A stretch of DNA of 64,000 nt. It comes from Candidatus Merdibacter merdavium (GTDB lineage Bacteria > Bacillota_I > Bacilli_A > Erysipelotrichales > Erysipelotrichaceae). The position numbers were made by a program, and so were the translations under genes. Below the pieces are notes generated by a model that made no database searches, was not told the DNA's origin, and saw only the letters and a program-made list of their open reading frames with translations. The stretch is from the NCBI GenBank assembly GCA_019119715.1, contig DWWM01000042.1, positions 75,629 to 139,628 on the forward strand, in the 5' to 3' direction. Positions 8,996 through 19,470 of this stretch are shown piece after piece; the stretch's first letter is position 1; each line of letters opens with the position of its first letter.

Positions 8996-9622
8996 ATGGA
9001 TTGGGTCGGAATTGATATATTGATGCTGGTGCTGATCTACCTCGTATATCTGCTGCCGCGCTGGCAGCAGCGCCGTGAAGCGGTGCTGAAGAGCGTATTG
9101 TGTCTGTATGCGGCGGGCGTGCTGTATTTTACGCTCATGCCGATATATCTGCCGATCCCTTTTCTGACGCTTTCCCTCGATGTGTGGAACATCAACCTCA
9201 TGCCGTTTTCTGATCTTATCCTGCATCATGCCGGCGCTGTGCGGGAGTTTATGCTCAATGTGCTCATGATGGTGCCCTTGGGCATCCTCATCCCTTTCAT
9301 CTATCGCAAGAAATTTGCTCAAACGGTGCTGCTGTGCTTTTGTTGTTCGCTGTGCATCGAGCTGATCCAGTTGTTTTCGATCACCAAGCTGAGCTGCTGT
9401 GATGTGACGGATCTCATCAGCAACACGTTGGGCGGACTGTGTGGCTACGGCTTGTTCGTGCTGTTGCGTGTGCCGCTGAAGCATTTGTACGCGCTTCTGC
9501 CAGGCGGTGAGCTGTCTTTGCCGTTTTTGACTTGGCCGCGCTTCGTGCGTTCGAATACAGCTTTCATGCTGCTGATCATCCTGTTCGTGCGCTCTGCTGC
9601 TTATTGTTTCCTGACACTGTAA
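8996..9622 (+). CDS. VanZ-like membrane protein
   Basis: Multiple TM helices with LNVLMMVPLGILIPF and CDVTDLISNTLGG motifs, as in VanZ-like proteins. A GAGGGGA SD is present. Confidence 0.7.
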   Translation: MDWVGIDILMLVLIYLVYLLPRWQQRREAVLKSVLCLYAAGVLYFTLMPIYLPIPFLTLSLDVWNINLMPFSDLILHHAGAVREFMLNVLMMVPLGILIPFIYRKKFAQTVLLCFCCSLCIELIQLFSITKLSCCDVTDLISNTLGGLCGYGLFVLLRVPLKHLYALLPGGELSLPFLTWPRFVRSNTAFMLLIILFVRSAAYCFLTL

Positions 9623-9708
9623 GGAAAAAAGCGGGAATGACTTGCAAGAAGAGGCGGTTTTCGTTAGAATGGACATGTCAGTAAAGATGTGCAAAGGAGA
9701 GTGATCGG

Positions 9709-10140
9709 ATGATCCGACATGCAAAAGTGGAGGATGCGGACTCGTGCATACATTTGATGAAATTAGTGAAAAATGATTTTCCGGGGTATCGGGAAGATGC
9801 CTTTCGCACCGCATTGCTGGAAATGATCGAAAAAGGCGAGGTCTTCGTCAGCATGGATGATGGCATGCTGGAAGGCATGGTGGGATTCAGCCGTGAGAAA
9901 AAGGAACTGACGCTGCTGGCCGTGCATCCGGACTGCCGCCGCGAGGGCATCGCCACACGGCTGATCTATACCGTAGCCGGCTGTTTTGAACCGGAGGATG
10001 AGATCTCCGTGATCACTTTCGCTGAGAGTGATCCGCGCGGCGAGGCCGCGAGGGCATGCTATCGTTCATGCGGGTTCGAACCTGAGGAAGATCTGAACAT
10101 ATCCAATGTGGAATGTCAGAAGCTCGTATACCGGGTCTGA
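9709..10140 (+). CDS. GNAT-family N-acetyltransferase
   Basis: 143 aa. LAVHPDCRREGIATRLI is the acetyl-CoA-binding R/Q-x-x-G-x-A motif. Confidence 0.8.
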   Translation: MIRHAKVEDADSCIHLMKLVKNDFPGYREDAFRTALLEMIEKGEVFVSMDDGMLEGMVGFSREKKELTLLAVHPDCRREGIATRLIYTVAGCFEPEDEISVITFAESDPRGEAARACYRSCGFEPEEDLNISNVECQKLVYRV

Positions 10141-10156
10141 CCATTAGAAAACGAAT

Positions 10157-10190
10157 GCCGATGTCTTATCCGTGAGGACATCGGCTTTTT
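10157..10190 (+). terminator. rho-independent terminator
   Basis: GCCGATGTC ... GACATCGGC stem followed by TTTTT. Confidence 0.7.
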
Positions 10191-10205
10191 AAGGAGAGTG
10201 GGAAA

Positions 10206-11468
10206 ATGATCGAAAAAGCGCGGGCGTTCTGCGTGAAAGAGGGAATGATCGCGCTGTGGGCGCTCATCGGTCTGGGAATCGGCATCATTGCCGGCGCACT
10301 GGATTTCGTGTTTGCCAGCGGCTTGCAGCTGTGTACACAGCTGCGGAGGGAATATCTCTGGCTGCTGGTGCCCTTTCTTGCGCTGGCCGGCGTGCTGATC
10401 GTGTGGCTTTACCGCCGCTTTGGCCGGCATGCGCAGCGAGGCATGTCGCTGGTGTTCGCTCTGGCGCAGGGCGATGAACAGGAGGGAGAGCCGCGGCTCA
10501 TCCCGCTGCTTACTCTTTCCACTTGGCTTTCCCATCTGTTTGGCGGCAGTGTCGGGCGCGAGGGGGTCGCCGTGCAGATCAACGCGATGATGGCGCAGTT
10601 TTGCGCACGCTGGATCGCTTTGCCGGACGCTTCGCGGATGCTCACGCTCACTGGCATGGCGGCCGGGTTCGGCGGTCTGTTTCAGACGCCGCTGGCCGCG
10701 ACGTTCTTTGCCCTTGAGGTCGTCACGCCCGGCCGGCTGCGCCTGGAGGCGCTGGCGCCGGCGCTGAGCGCTTCCTTCAGCGCCTGTCTGTGCAGCGGGA
10801 TGCTCGGGCTCAGACGCAGCGTGTTTGCGTTCGATCTGCCTTTTTCGCTGCCGCTTTTGGGACCCCTGGCATTGTCAGGCATCGCGTTTGGCTTATGCGG
10901 GATGATTTTTTCTGCTGCGCTTGCGGCCGCGAAGCGCTGGCTGGCTCAGCGTCTGCCACGTCCGGAAATACGCATCTTCTTTTGCGGCGCGCTGCTGAGC
11001 ATGCTCATCCTGCTTCTGCATCAGGGGCGCTATGCCGGGCTGGGGACCAACTTGATCGAGGCGGGCCTGAATGGCGGGCCGCTGTTCTGGTATGACTGGC
11101 TGGTGAAGGGGGCACTGACGGTATTTACTCTCAGCGCCGGCTTTCAGGGCGGGGAAGTGACGCCGCTGTTTTCGATCGGCGCGGCGCTGGGCGCGCTGCT
11201 TGGTCCCTGTCTCGGCCTTCCTGCCGCTGCTGCTGCCGCGCTGGGCTATGCTTCGGTATTTGGCGCGGCGAGCAACACGCTGCTCGCACCCATCCTGATC
11301 GGCGCGGAGCTGTTCGGCCTTGAGAGCCTGCCTTGCTTCATGATCTGCGCGGTGTGTGCATATCTTGCTAATGGCGGCCGTTCCATTTATCCGCAACGCC
11401 GGGAAAGCGGCTTTTCCGGCGCAGAAACGGCAATATCGGGACATCGCCAGAAAAAGATTGACAAATGA
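10206..11468 (+). CDS. CLC-family anion channel/antiporter with CLC-F (fluoride/proton antiporter)-like motifs
   Basis: Polytopic, 420 aa. GGSVGREGVAVQ is a GREG-V gating-Glu motif. RGMSLVF sits in place of the canonical GSGIP. GGEVTPLF sits in place of GxFxP. From memory this combination is the CLC-F signature. Confidence 0.7.
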   Translation: MIEKARAFCVKEGMIALWALIGLGIGIIAGALDFVFASGLQLCTQLRREYLWLLVPFLALAGVLIVWLYRRFGRHAQRGMSLVFALAQGDEQEGEPRLIPLLTLSTWLSHLFGGSVGREGVAVQINAMMAQFCARWIALPDASRMLTLTGMAAGFGGLFQTPLAATFFALEVVTPGRLRLEALAPALSASFSACLCSGMLGLRRSVFAFDLPFSLPLLGPLALSGIAFGLCGMIFSAALAAAKRWLAQRLPRPEIRIFFCGALLSMLILLLHQGRYAGLGTNLIEAGLNGGPLFWYDWLVKGALTVFTLSAGFQGGEVTPLFSIGAALGALLGPCLGLPAAAAAALGYASVFGAASNTLLAPILIGAELFGLESLPCFMICAVCAYLANGGRSIYPQRRESGFSGAETAISGHRQKKIDK

Positions 11469-11485
11469 AATGGAAGGCATATAAT
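11458..11485 (+). promoter_or_regulatory. sigma-A type promoter for purA
   Basis: TTGACA-16-TATAAT, overlapping the stop codon of the CLC gene. Confidence 0.55.
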
Positions 11486-11495
11486 TTTGACGTGA

Positions 11496-12827
<1,332 letters not shown>

Positions 12828-12857
12828 GAATGAATCAGAATACAAACGGAGGTAAAC

Positions 12858-13568
12858 ATGGAACAGTTAGAAATGATGTATGAAGGCAAGGCCAAGAAAG
12901 TGTATCGCACGGATGATGAGGATCTGCTCATCGTCGACTACAAGGATGATGCCACGGCGTTCAACGGTCAGAAAAAGGGGACGATCGTGGGCAAAGGCGT
13001 CGTGAACAATCGCATGAGCAACTATTTGTGCCAGCTGCTTGAGGAAAAAGGTATCCCGACCCACTTTGTGAAGGAGCTGGATGAGCGCCGCACGCTGGTG
13101 AAGAAGGTGGAGATCGTGCCGCTGGAAGTCATCATCCGAAACAAGGCTGCTGGCAGCTTCTCCAAGCGCTATGGCGTGGCTGAGGGAACGCCGCTGAAGT
13201 GCTCTACGCTGGAATTCAGCTACAAGAATGATGATCTGGGAGATCCGCTGATGAACTCTTATATGGCGCTGGCCCTGGATCTGGCGACAAAGGAAGAAAT
13301 CGATACGATCAGCGAGATGGCATTCAAGATCAATGAAGTGCTCAAGGAAGTTTTCGCCAACATCGGCATCGAGCTCATCGACTTCAAGCTGGAGTTTGGA
13401 CGCTTCCATGGTCAGATCATCCTGGCGGATGAGATCTCTCCGGATACTTGCCGTTACTGGGACATGAAGACGCATGATCATCTGGATAAGGATCGTTTCC
13501 GCCGAGATCTGGGAGACGCGGAAGGCGCTTATCAGGAAGTTTATCGCCGTTTGGGATTGAATAAATAA
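12858..13568 (+). CDS. purC: phosphoribosylaminoimidazole-succinocarboxamide (SAICAR) synthase
   Basis: MYEGKAKKVY, LEVIIRN and LADEISPDTCRYWD motifs. 236 aa. Confidence 0.95.
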   Translation: MEQLEMMYEGKAKKVYRTDDEDLLIVDYKDDATAFNGQKKGTIVGKGVVNNRMSNYLCQLLEEKGIPTHFVKELDERRTLVKKVEIVPLEVIIRNKAAGSFSKRYGVAEGTPLKCSTLEFSYKNDDLGDPLMNSYMALALDLATKEEIDTISEMAFKINEVLKEVFANIGIELIDFKLEFGRFHGQIILADEISPDTCRYWDMKTHDHLDKDRFRRDLGDAEGAYQEVYRRLGLNK

Positions 13569-13577
13569 GGAGCGCGC

Positions 13578-15008
13578 ATGAACGATACATATCAGAGCCC
13601 GCTGGCGCAGCGTTATGCCAGCAAAGAGATGCAGGCACTTTTCAGCAACGATAAAAAGTTCCGCACATGGAGAAGGCTGTGGATCGCGCTGGCGCAGAGC
13701 GAGCAGGAACTTGGCCTTGACATCAGCGATGAACAGATCGCCGAGCTGATCGCCCATAAAGATGACATCAATTATGAAGTGGCAAAGCAGCGCGAGAAAG
13801 AAGTACGTCATGATGTGATGAGCCATGTGTACGCCTATGGCTGTCAATGTCCGAAAGCCAAGGGCATCATCCACCTTGGTGCCACCAGCTGTTATGTCGG
13901 TGACAATACCGATCTGATCCTGATGCACGAAGCGCTGGAGCTGGTGAAGCGCAAGCTGGTGAATGTGCTGGCCCGTCTGGAAAAGTTCGCGCTGCAGTAC
14001 AAGGATCTGCCTGTGCTGGCATTCACGCATTTCCAGCCGGCTCAGCCGACCACGCTGGGCAAGCGCGCCAGCATCTGGGCGCATGACCTGCTCATGGATT
14101 ATGAGGAGCTGTGCTGGCTGCTCGAACACAAGAAGCTGCTGGGATGCAAAGGAACGACCGGTACCCAGGCAAGCTTCATGGAGCTGTTCGACGGCGATAC
14201 GGATAAAGTAAAGAAGCTCGATCAGCTGATCGCGGAAAAAATGGGATATGATGCCTGTTATCCGGTGTCTACCCAGACATATTCGCGCAAATATGATTTC
14301 CGGGTGCTCAGCGTGCTGAGCGCTATCGCGCAGAGCGCACATAAGTTCTCCAATGACATCCGTCTGCTTCAGCATCTCAAGGAGGTCGAGGAACCTTTTG
14401 AAAAGAGCCAGATCGGCTCTAGTGCCATGGCCTATAAGCGTAACCCGATGCGCAGCGAGCGCATGGCCTCGCTGGCGAATTATGTCATCTCTGATGTCAT
14501 GAATCCGGCCATCGTGGCCGCTACGCAATGGTTTGAGCGTACGCTGGATGATTCGGCCAATAAGCGCATCTCAGTGCCGGAGGCCTTTCTGGCAGTGGAT
14601 GGCATCCTCGATCTGTATCTGAACATCACCGAAGGCCTGGTCGTCTATCCGAAGGTCATCGAGAGCCATCTGATGAACGAGCTGCCGTTCATGGCGACGG
14701 AAAACATCATGATGGACTGCGTGAAGATGGGCGGCGACCGTCAGGAGCTGCATGAGGCCATCCGTGTGCATTCCATGGCAGCCGGAAGAGTGGTCAAGGA
14801 AGAAGGAAAGCCGAATGACCTGCTGCAGCGGATCGCGGATGATCCGAAGTTCCCGATGGATCTGGAACAGCTGCAGGCGATCATGAAGCCGGCGAATTTC
14901 GTAGGCCGCAGCGTGCAGCAGACCGAAGAGTTTTTTGCGGAATTCATCGACCCTATCTTGGAACAGGAGAAGGACGCGCTTGGCATGCATGCTGAGATCA
15001 ATGTATGA
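13578..15008 (+). CDS. purB: adenylosuccinate lyase
   Basis: Fumarate-lyase signature GSSAMAYKRNP. The 476-aa size matches the long-form PurB of Firmicutes. Confidence 0.95.
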   Translation: MNDTYQSPLAQRYASKEMQALFSNDKKFRTWRRLWIALAQSEQELGLDISDEQIAELIAHKDDINYEVAKQREKEVRHDVMSHVYAYGCQCPKAKGIIHLGATSCYVGDNTDLILMHEALELVKRKLVNVLARLEKFALQYKDLPVLAFTHFQPAQPTTLGKRASIWAHDLLMDYEELCWLLEHKKLLGCKGTTGTQASFMELFDGDTDKVKKLDQLIAEKMGYDACYPVSTQTYSRKYDFRVLSVLSAIAQSAHKFSNDIRLLQHLKEVEEPFEKSQIGSSAMAYKRNPMRSERMASLANYVISDVMNPAIVAATQWFERTLDDSANKRISVPEAFLAVDGILDLYLNITEGLVVYPKVIESHLMNELPFMATENIMMDCVKMGGDRQELHEAIRVHSMAAGRVVKEEGKPNDLLQRIADDPKFPMDLEQLQAIMKPANFVGRSVQQTEEFFAEFIDPILEQEKDALGMHAEINV

Positions 15009-15019
15009 CAGAAAGAAAT

Positions 15020-15049
15020 ACCGTGCTCACTGAGAGCACGGTCATTTTT
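15020..15049 (+). terminator. rho-independent terminator after purB
   Basis: CCGTGCTC-ACTGA-GAGCACGG followed by TCATTTTT. Confidence 0.7.
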
Positions 15050-15186
15050 AATCATTGAGTTAGTTAATGCTAATAATTTGAAGCGTCTTTGTTGTTTCAC
15101 GCGTTTGCGCATGGTATAGTGAGAAAAACCGGTGCGTATGTGCATTCCGGTTCATACTATGAATAAGAGATGAGGAGATGAGATCG

Positions 15187-15969
15187 ATGAATCATATATT
15201 TTGGGGACTGCTGCTGCCGCTGATCGGAACGAGCGCCGGCGCGGCCTGTGTGTTTGTGATGCGCCGTCAGATGCGCAGCATAGTGCAGAAGACGCTGCTG
15301 GGCTTTGCCTCCGGCGTGATGGTGGCGGCCAGCGTATGGTCTTTGCTCATTCCGGCCATGGAAATGTCTGCGGACATGGGAAAGCTGGCTTTCCTTCCGG
15401 CAGCCTGCGGTTTTGTCGGCGGAATCGCGTTTTTGCTGGCGCTGGACTGGCTTATCCCGCATCTGCATCTAGGCAGCAATGAGGCCGAGGGGCATTGGAG
15501 CCGCCTGCGCAAGACGACGATGATGACACTGGCAGTCACGCTGCACAACATTCCGGAAGGCATGGCGGTCGGCGCGGTCTATGCGGCATTGCTGGCCAGC
15601 GGCAGTGAGGTGACGATGGCTTCGGCATTTGCGCTTTCGCTTGGCATCGCCATTCAGAATTTTCCGGAAGGCGCCATCGTATCGATGCCGCTGCGCGCAG
15701 AAAAAGGGATGAACCGGCTGCGCGCGTTTCTCTACGGTGTTCTCAGCGGCGCTGTCGAGCCGCTGGCTGCCTGCCTGATGATCCTGCTTTCCGCTTCGCT
15801 GGAACCGCTGCTGCCGCTTTTCCTGTCTTTTGCGGCCGGCGCGATGCTCTATGTCGTCGTAGAAGAGCTGATCCCTGAGACTTCCCAGGGCCGCCACAGC
15901 AATCTGGGCACGATCGGCTTTGCGGCAGGGTTCGTGCTCATGATGATCCTTGATGTGGCGCTGGGATGA
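15187..15969 (+). CDS. zupT: ZIP-family divalent metal transporter
   Basis: HNIPEGMAVG and QNFPEGAIVS motifs with 8 predicted TM segments. ATG 15187 is preferred over 15178, which directly abuts the GAGGAG SD. Confidence 0.8.
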   Translation: MNHIFWGLLLPLIGTSAGAACVFVMRRQMRSIVQKTLLGFASGVMVAASVWSLLIPAMEMSADMGKLAFLPAACGFVGGIAFLLALDWLIPHLHLGSNEAEGHWSRLRKTTMMTLAVTLHNIPEGMAVGAVYAALLASGSEVTMASAFALSLGIAIQNFPEGAIVSMPLRAEKGMNRLRAFLYGVLSGAVEPLAACLMILLSASLEPLLPLFLSFAAGAMLYVVVEELIPETSQGRHSNLGTIGFAAGFVLMMILDVALG

Positions 15970-16007
15970 GTTTGTGATATACTATGATCCATATGGAGGA
16001 TTGAAAC

Positions 16008-17252
16008 ATGAATGAACTGAAACGGAAATATGCCCGGCTGGCGCTGGCTTGTGGCGTCAATGTGCAGAAAGGACAGACCGTGATGATCAACGCAGATGTG
16101 CAGGCAGCCGACTTCGCCGTGCTGCTCTGTGAAGAAGCGTACCGTCTCGGTGCGGGCGAAGTGGTGATGCGCTACAGCGATGAGCGGGTCAGCCGTCTGC
16201 ATTATCTGCATCAGGATGAGCAGATGCTGTGCAAGGTACGCCCATGGCAGATCGACAGCCGGCTTGATTATCTGAAAGAAGGCGCTTGTGTGCTGCATGT
16301 GATCAGTGAGACACCTGGCGCTTACGCGGACTGCGATGCCGCCAAGATCAGTGCCGCGACCCTGGCCTGGGCCAGAGCGAGCAAGGAAGTGCAGAAGTAC
16401 ACGATGGACAACATCTGTGCCTGGAGCATCGTGGCGGTGCCGAATGCGCGCTGGGCAGCCAAAGTGTTCGCGGATGCGGGCAGCGAGGCCGTGGCGCGGC
16501 TGTGGCAGGCTGTCTTTGACTGTGTCTATGTCGATGCGGACCATGATCCTGTGCAAGTCTGGGCTAAGCGCAATGCGATGTTCGCCAAGCGGGTGGAGCG
16601 TCTGAATGCACACCGCTTTGCCACGCTGCATTTTACCAGCACGCTGGGCACTGATCTGCGGGTCGGTCTGCCCCAGGGACATCGGTGGGAAGGAGGCAGC
16701 GAAAAGACCCAGGATGGGCGGTGGTTCAACGCAAACCTGCCTACCGAGGAAGTCTTTACGATGCCGCATCGGCTGAAGACAGAAGGCATCGTCTACGCGA
16801 GCAAGCCGCTGGATCATCATGGCCAGCTGATCGAAGATTTCTTTTTGGAATTCAAGGGAGGAAAAGTGTGCGGCTATGATGCCCGGAAGGGAAAAGCGGC
16901 CCTGCGTTCTTTGATCGAATTTGATGAAGGCAGCAGCTATCTGGGAGAAGTCGCCCTTGTCCCGCAGGATTCTGCGATCGCCCGCTGCGGCCTATTGTTT
17001 TACAATACGCTCTTTGATGAAAATGCCTCCTGTCATCTGGCTCTTGGTGATTCATATCCGTCTTGCCTGGAAGGCGGTCTGACACTGAGGGAAGAGGAGC
17101 GCAAGAAACAAGGAGCCAATCAGTCGATGACCCATGTCGACTTCATGTTCGGCACAGCGGATCTCTGTGTCAAAGGAATCGATGAAGAGGGCAGAGAGAC
17201 GCTGATCATGGAGGATGGGCTGTTTACAGAGCCATTTGCCTGCTGCAGCTGA
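16008..17252 (+). CDS. M29-family aminopeptidase (AmpS/PepS-like)
   Basis: N-terminal KYARLALACGVNVQKGQ plus the C-terminal THVDFMFG block, as in aminopeptidase II/T. Confidence 0.8.
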   Translation: MNELKRKYARLALACGVNVQKGQTVMINADVQAADFAVLLCEEAYRLGAGEVVMRYSDERVSRLHYLHQDEQMLCKVRPWQIDSRLDYLKEGACVLHVISETPGAYADCDAAKISAATLAWARASKEVQKYTMDNICAWSIVAVPNARWAAKVFADAGSEAVARLWQAVFDCVYVDADHDPVQVWAKRNAMFAKRVERLNAHRFATLHFTSTLGTDLRVGLPQGHRWEGGSEKTQDGRWFNANLPTEEVFTMPHRLKTEGIVYASKPLDHHGQLIEDFFLEFKGGKVCGYDARKGKAALRSLIEFDEGSSYLGEVALVPQDSAIARCGLLFYNTLFDENASCHLALGDSYPSCLEGGLTLREEERKKQGANQSMTHVDFMFGTADLCVKGIDEEGRETLIMEDGLFTEPFACCS

Positions 17253-17312
17253 TCGCGGGCAAGGTTGTCTGCTTCAGCGATAAATGGTAAAATAATCGAG
17301 AGAGGTGATGAC

Positions 17313-19172
17313 ATGAAACGGTTCATTGCGTCATGCATCGTGCTGGTGGCGCTGTTTACAAGCATGTTCAGCGTTTCGCTTGGCGCCCACGAGGCATACA
17401 CAGTAGAAAACCTGGACATCACCATACATGTGCAGGAGGATGGCAGACTGCTGGTCAGAGAAGATTATGACCTGAATTTCAACTATTACCGCAGCAGCTT
17501 CGTACGGACGATCACGCAGACCTGTCATGTGCCGATCCAGACGGAGGAGGGCGTCGTATATCAGGATTATTATTTTCCGATCACGGATATCCAGTGTGAC
17601 CGGCTGCTCTCGATCACGCAGAATCAGGACAGTCTTTCGGTCACGATGGGTGATCGTGATCAGACACTGACCGGCCGTCAGTCGTTTACGGTCTCCTATA
17701 CGGTGCAGACGACGGATCTGCATCTGCCTGAAGGCACTCAGATGCTGTATTGGACATTTGTGACAAGCATGGATACGACGGTGGAGCATCTGCATTATGA
17801 GATCCATATGCCTAAGGCGTTCGATCCGCAGGAAGTGTTTACGAGCACCGGCAAATACGGCGATGTAAAAAATACGCTGAGCACGCAAGTCAGCGGCAAT
17901 GTCATCAGCGGTGATCTGAGCCAGCCGCTGCAGGATAATGAGCTGGCGACCATCAAGGTCAACCTGCCCAATACATATTTCACTTTTCCCCAGCCGCTCG
18001 ATGTCAGCCTTTGCGCTTCCGTCCTTTCCGGCGTGCTGCTGCTGGCGGTGCTCCTCGTGTTCTGGCGTTTCGGCCGTGACCGGGAAGTGTTTGTCGATGT
18101 GCGCAGCGAACCACCCAAGGATCTGGGCAGTGCGGAGATCGGATACGTGATGAACCGCTACGCGAGCGACAGAGACCTGATGTCCCTGTTCATCGATTGG
18201 GGCAGCAGAGGCTTCATCCGCATCCGTGACTGCGGCGAGCATTTTGAATTGGAAAAGCTCAGGGAAATGAATGATAACAATGCCAAAGCTTATGAACGGG
18301 AGCTGTTTGACACGGTCTTTCAATCAGGAGATGTTGTCAGTGAGACGGCATTGCGCGAGGGCAGGGTCGCTTTCTCGATAGAACGAGCCAAGCGCATGCT
18401 GGAACGCTCCTTTACGCATGTGCGCAAACGGCATGTCTATACGAATTCTTCGCTGATCGTGCAGGGGCTCATGGTCATCCTGACGCTGGTTCCATCAGTG
18501 ATCTTTATCTGGCTGGCCACATTTGAAACTTATTATCTGTGGCAGTTTTCTTTGCGGTATCTGATCGTGACCTTCTTGCTGGGCATCGATCTGGCCGGCT
18601 GGGTCATCTTGATCCGGCATCGTTATATATTAAGCGAGCGGGCATTCTTCGCGCGCATGGCCGTGGCCATCACCGTCGGCTGTGTGCTGCTTTCCCTCAA
18701 TGCGGTGATCTTGTTCTTGTTCGGAGCGGAGAGCTGGGCGATCATCCTGTATCTCATCGTGACGATCGTCTTGTTCTTCTGCATGCTTTACATGGATAAG
18801 CGCACGCGGCAGGGAGATGAATGGCAGGCCCAGATCCTGGGACTGCGTGAGTTCATCGAGAGCGTCGAGCCGGCGCAGCTGAAACAGCTGCAGGCAGATG
18901 ATCCCGGTCTGTTCGAGCGGCTGCTGCCATATGCCTATGTGCTTGATCTTGCGGATATCTGGGCCAAGAAATTCAAGGGCATCGAGGTGCAGAAGCCATC
19001 ATGGTACGAAGGCATGGAAGAATATGATCATTTTGACGCTTTCCTGTTTTGGCACACGTTTCAATATTGTTTCTATTACATGCGGCAAAATGCGGTATAT
19101 CGCCCGCCGATCCGGGATGCGCGGTTCCTGCCTTTCAGCGGACGCATCCTGCCTAAGCGTGACCGCTCATGA
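17313..19172 (+). CDS. DUF2207-like membrane protein
   Basis: Signal peptide, then a beta-rich domain (YTVENLDITIHVQEDGRLLVREDYDLNF), then a TM helix, a cytoplasmic segment and 3 further TM helices. Start placed at ATG 17313 after GAGAGGTG. Confidence 0.65.
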   Translation: MKRFIASCIVLVALFTSMFSVSLGAHEAYTVENLDITIHVQEDGRLLVREDYDLNFNYYRSSFVRTITQTCHVPIQTEEGVVYQDYYFPITDIQCDRLLSITQNQDSLSVTMGDRDQTLTGRQSFTVSYTVQTTDLHLPEGTQMLYWTFVTSMDTTVEHLHYEIHMPKAFDPQEVFTSTGKYGDVKNTLSTQVSGNVISGDLSQPLQDNELATIKVNLPNTYFTFPQPLDVSLCASVLSGVLLLAVLLVFWRFGRDREVFVDVRSEPPKDLGSAEIGYVMNRYASDRDLMSLFIDWGSRGFIRIRDCGEHFELEKLREMNDNNAKAYERELFDTVFQSGDVVSETALREGRVAFSIERAKRMLERSFTHVRKRHVYTNSSLIVQGLMVILTLVPSVIFIWLATFETYYLWQFSLRYLIVTFLLGIDLAGWVILIRHRYILSERAFFARMAVAITVGCVLLSLNAVILFLFGAESWAIILYLIVTIVLFFCMLYMDKRTRQGDEWQAQILGLREFIESVEPAQLKQLQADDPGLFERLLPYAYVLDLADIWAKKFKGIEVQKPSWYEGMEEYDHFDAFLFWHTFQYCFYYMRQNAVYRPPIRDARFLPFSGRILPKRDRS

Positions 19173-19199
19173 AGCATCAGTGAAATTCAGGCACGGCCA

Positions 19200-19228
19200 T
19201 TGACATCAGGTCCGGGAATGATTATGAT
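19200..19228 (+). promoter_or_regulatory. sigma-A type promoter of the thrS leader
   Basis: TTGACA-17-TATGAT. Confidence 0.5.
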
Positions 19229-19234
19229 ATAGTT

Positions 19235-19457
19235 AATGACAGCGAAGAGGACACGGGCACATCAGATTCCGATGCAGAGAGGAAGGCGGCTGGTGAGAGC
19301 CTTCTGACAGAATGGTGTGCTTACTACCTCGGAGTCGCCCCTGAAAAGCGGGCCGTCGCCGGCGTTAACGGAGCAGAGGGCATGCGGGTATCTCCGCATG
19401 AACAAAGGTGGTACCGCGGCTGACAGAACGTCCTTTGAGGTTCTGTCATTTTTTATT
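19235..19457 (+). promoter_or_regulatory. T-box leader, threonine specifier
   Basis: Conserved T-box AACAAAGGTGGTACCGCG at 19401..19418. Thr codons ACU/ACC at 19323..19328 lie in the specifier region. The terminator hairpin CTGACAGAAC...GTTCTGTCA plus a T-run (19420..19456) can alternate with the T-box antiterminator. Confidence 0.85.
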
Positions 19458-19470
19458 GGAGGTATTTAAG

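Noticed and set aside
10066-10082. A GGGTTCGAACC string resembling a tRNA T-arm.
   Set aside because: It lies inside the GNAT coding frame (SCGFEPEE). I could not build an acceptor stem, D-arm or anticodon arm around it.
10141-10205. A fluoride (crcB-motif) riboswitch upstream of the CLC-F-like gene.
   Set aside because: The region holds only a terminator hairpin and an SD. There are no GGCGATGG ... CTGATGATGCC-like elements.
12867-14528. A 553-aa ORF on the minus strand spanning purC and purB.
   Set aside because: It lies antisense to two genes with unmistakable motifs, and its codons are in exact register with the sense codons (I checked the arithmetic for purB and purC). Its only possible stops are therefore the reverse complements of sense TTA, CTA and TCA, which this genome evidently avoids. 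The translation is rich in Arg, His, Gln, Asp and Leu and has no motif. It is a shadow ORF.
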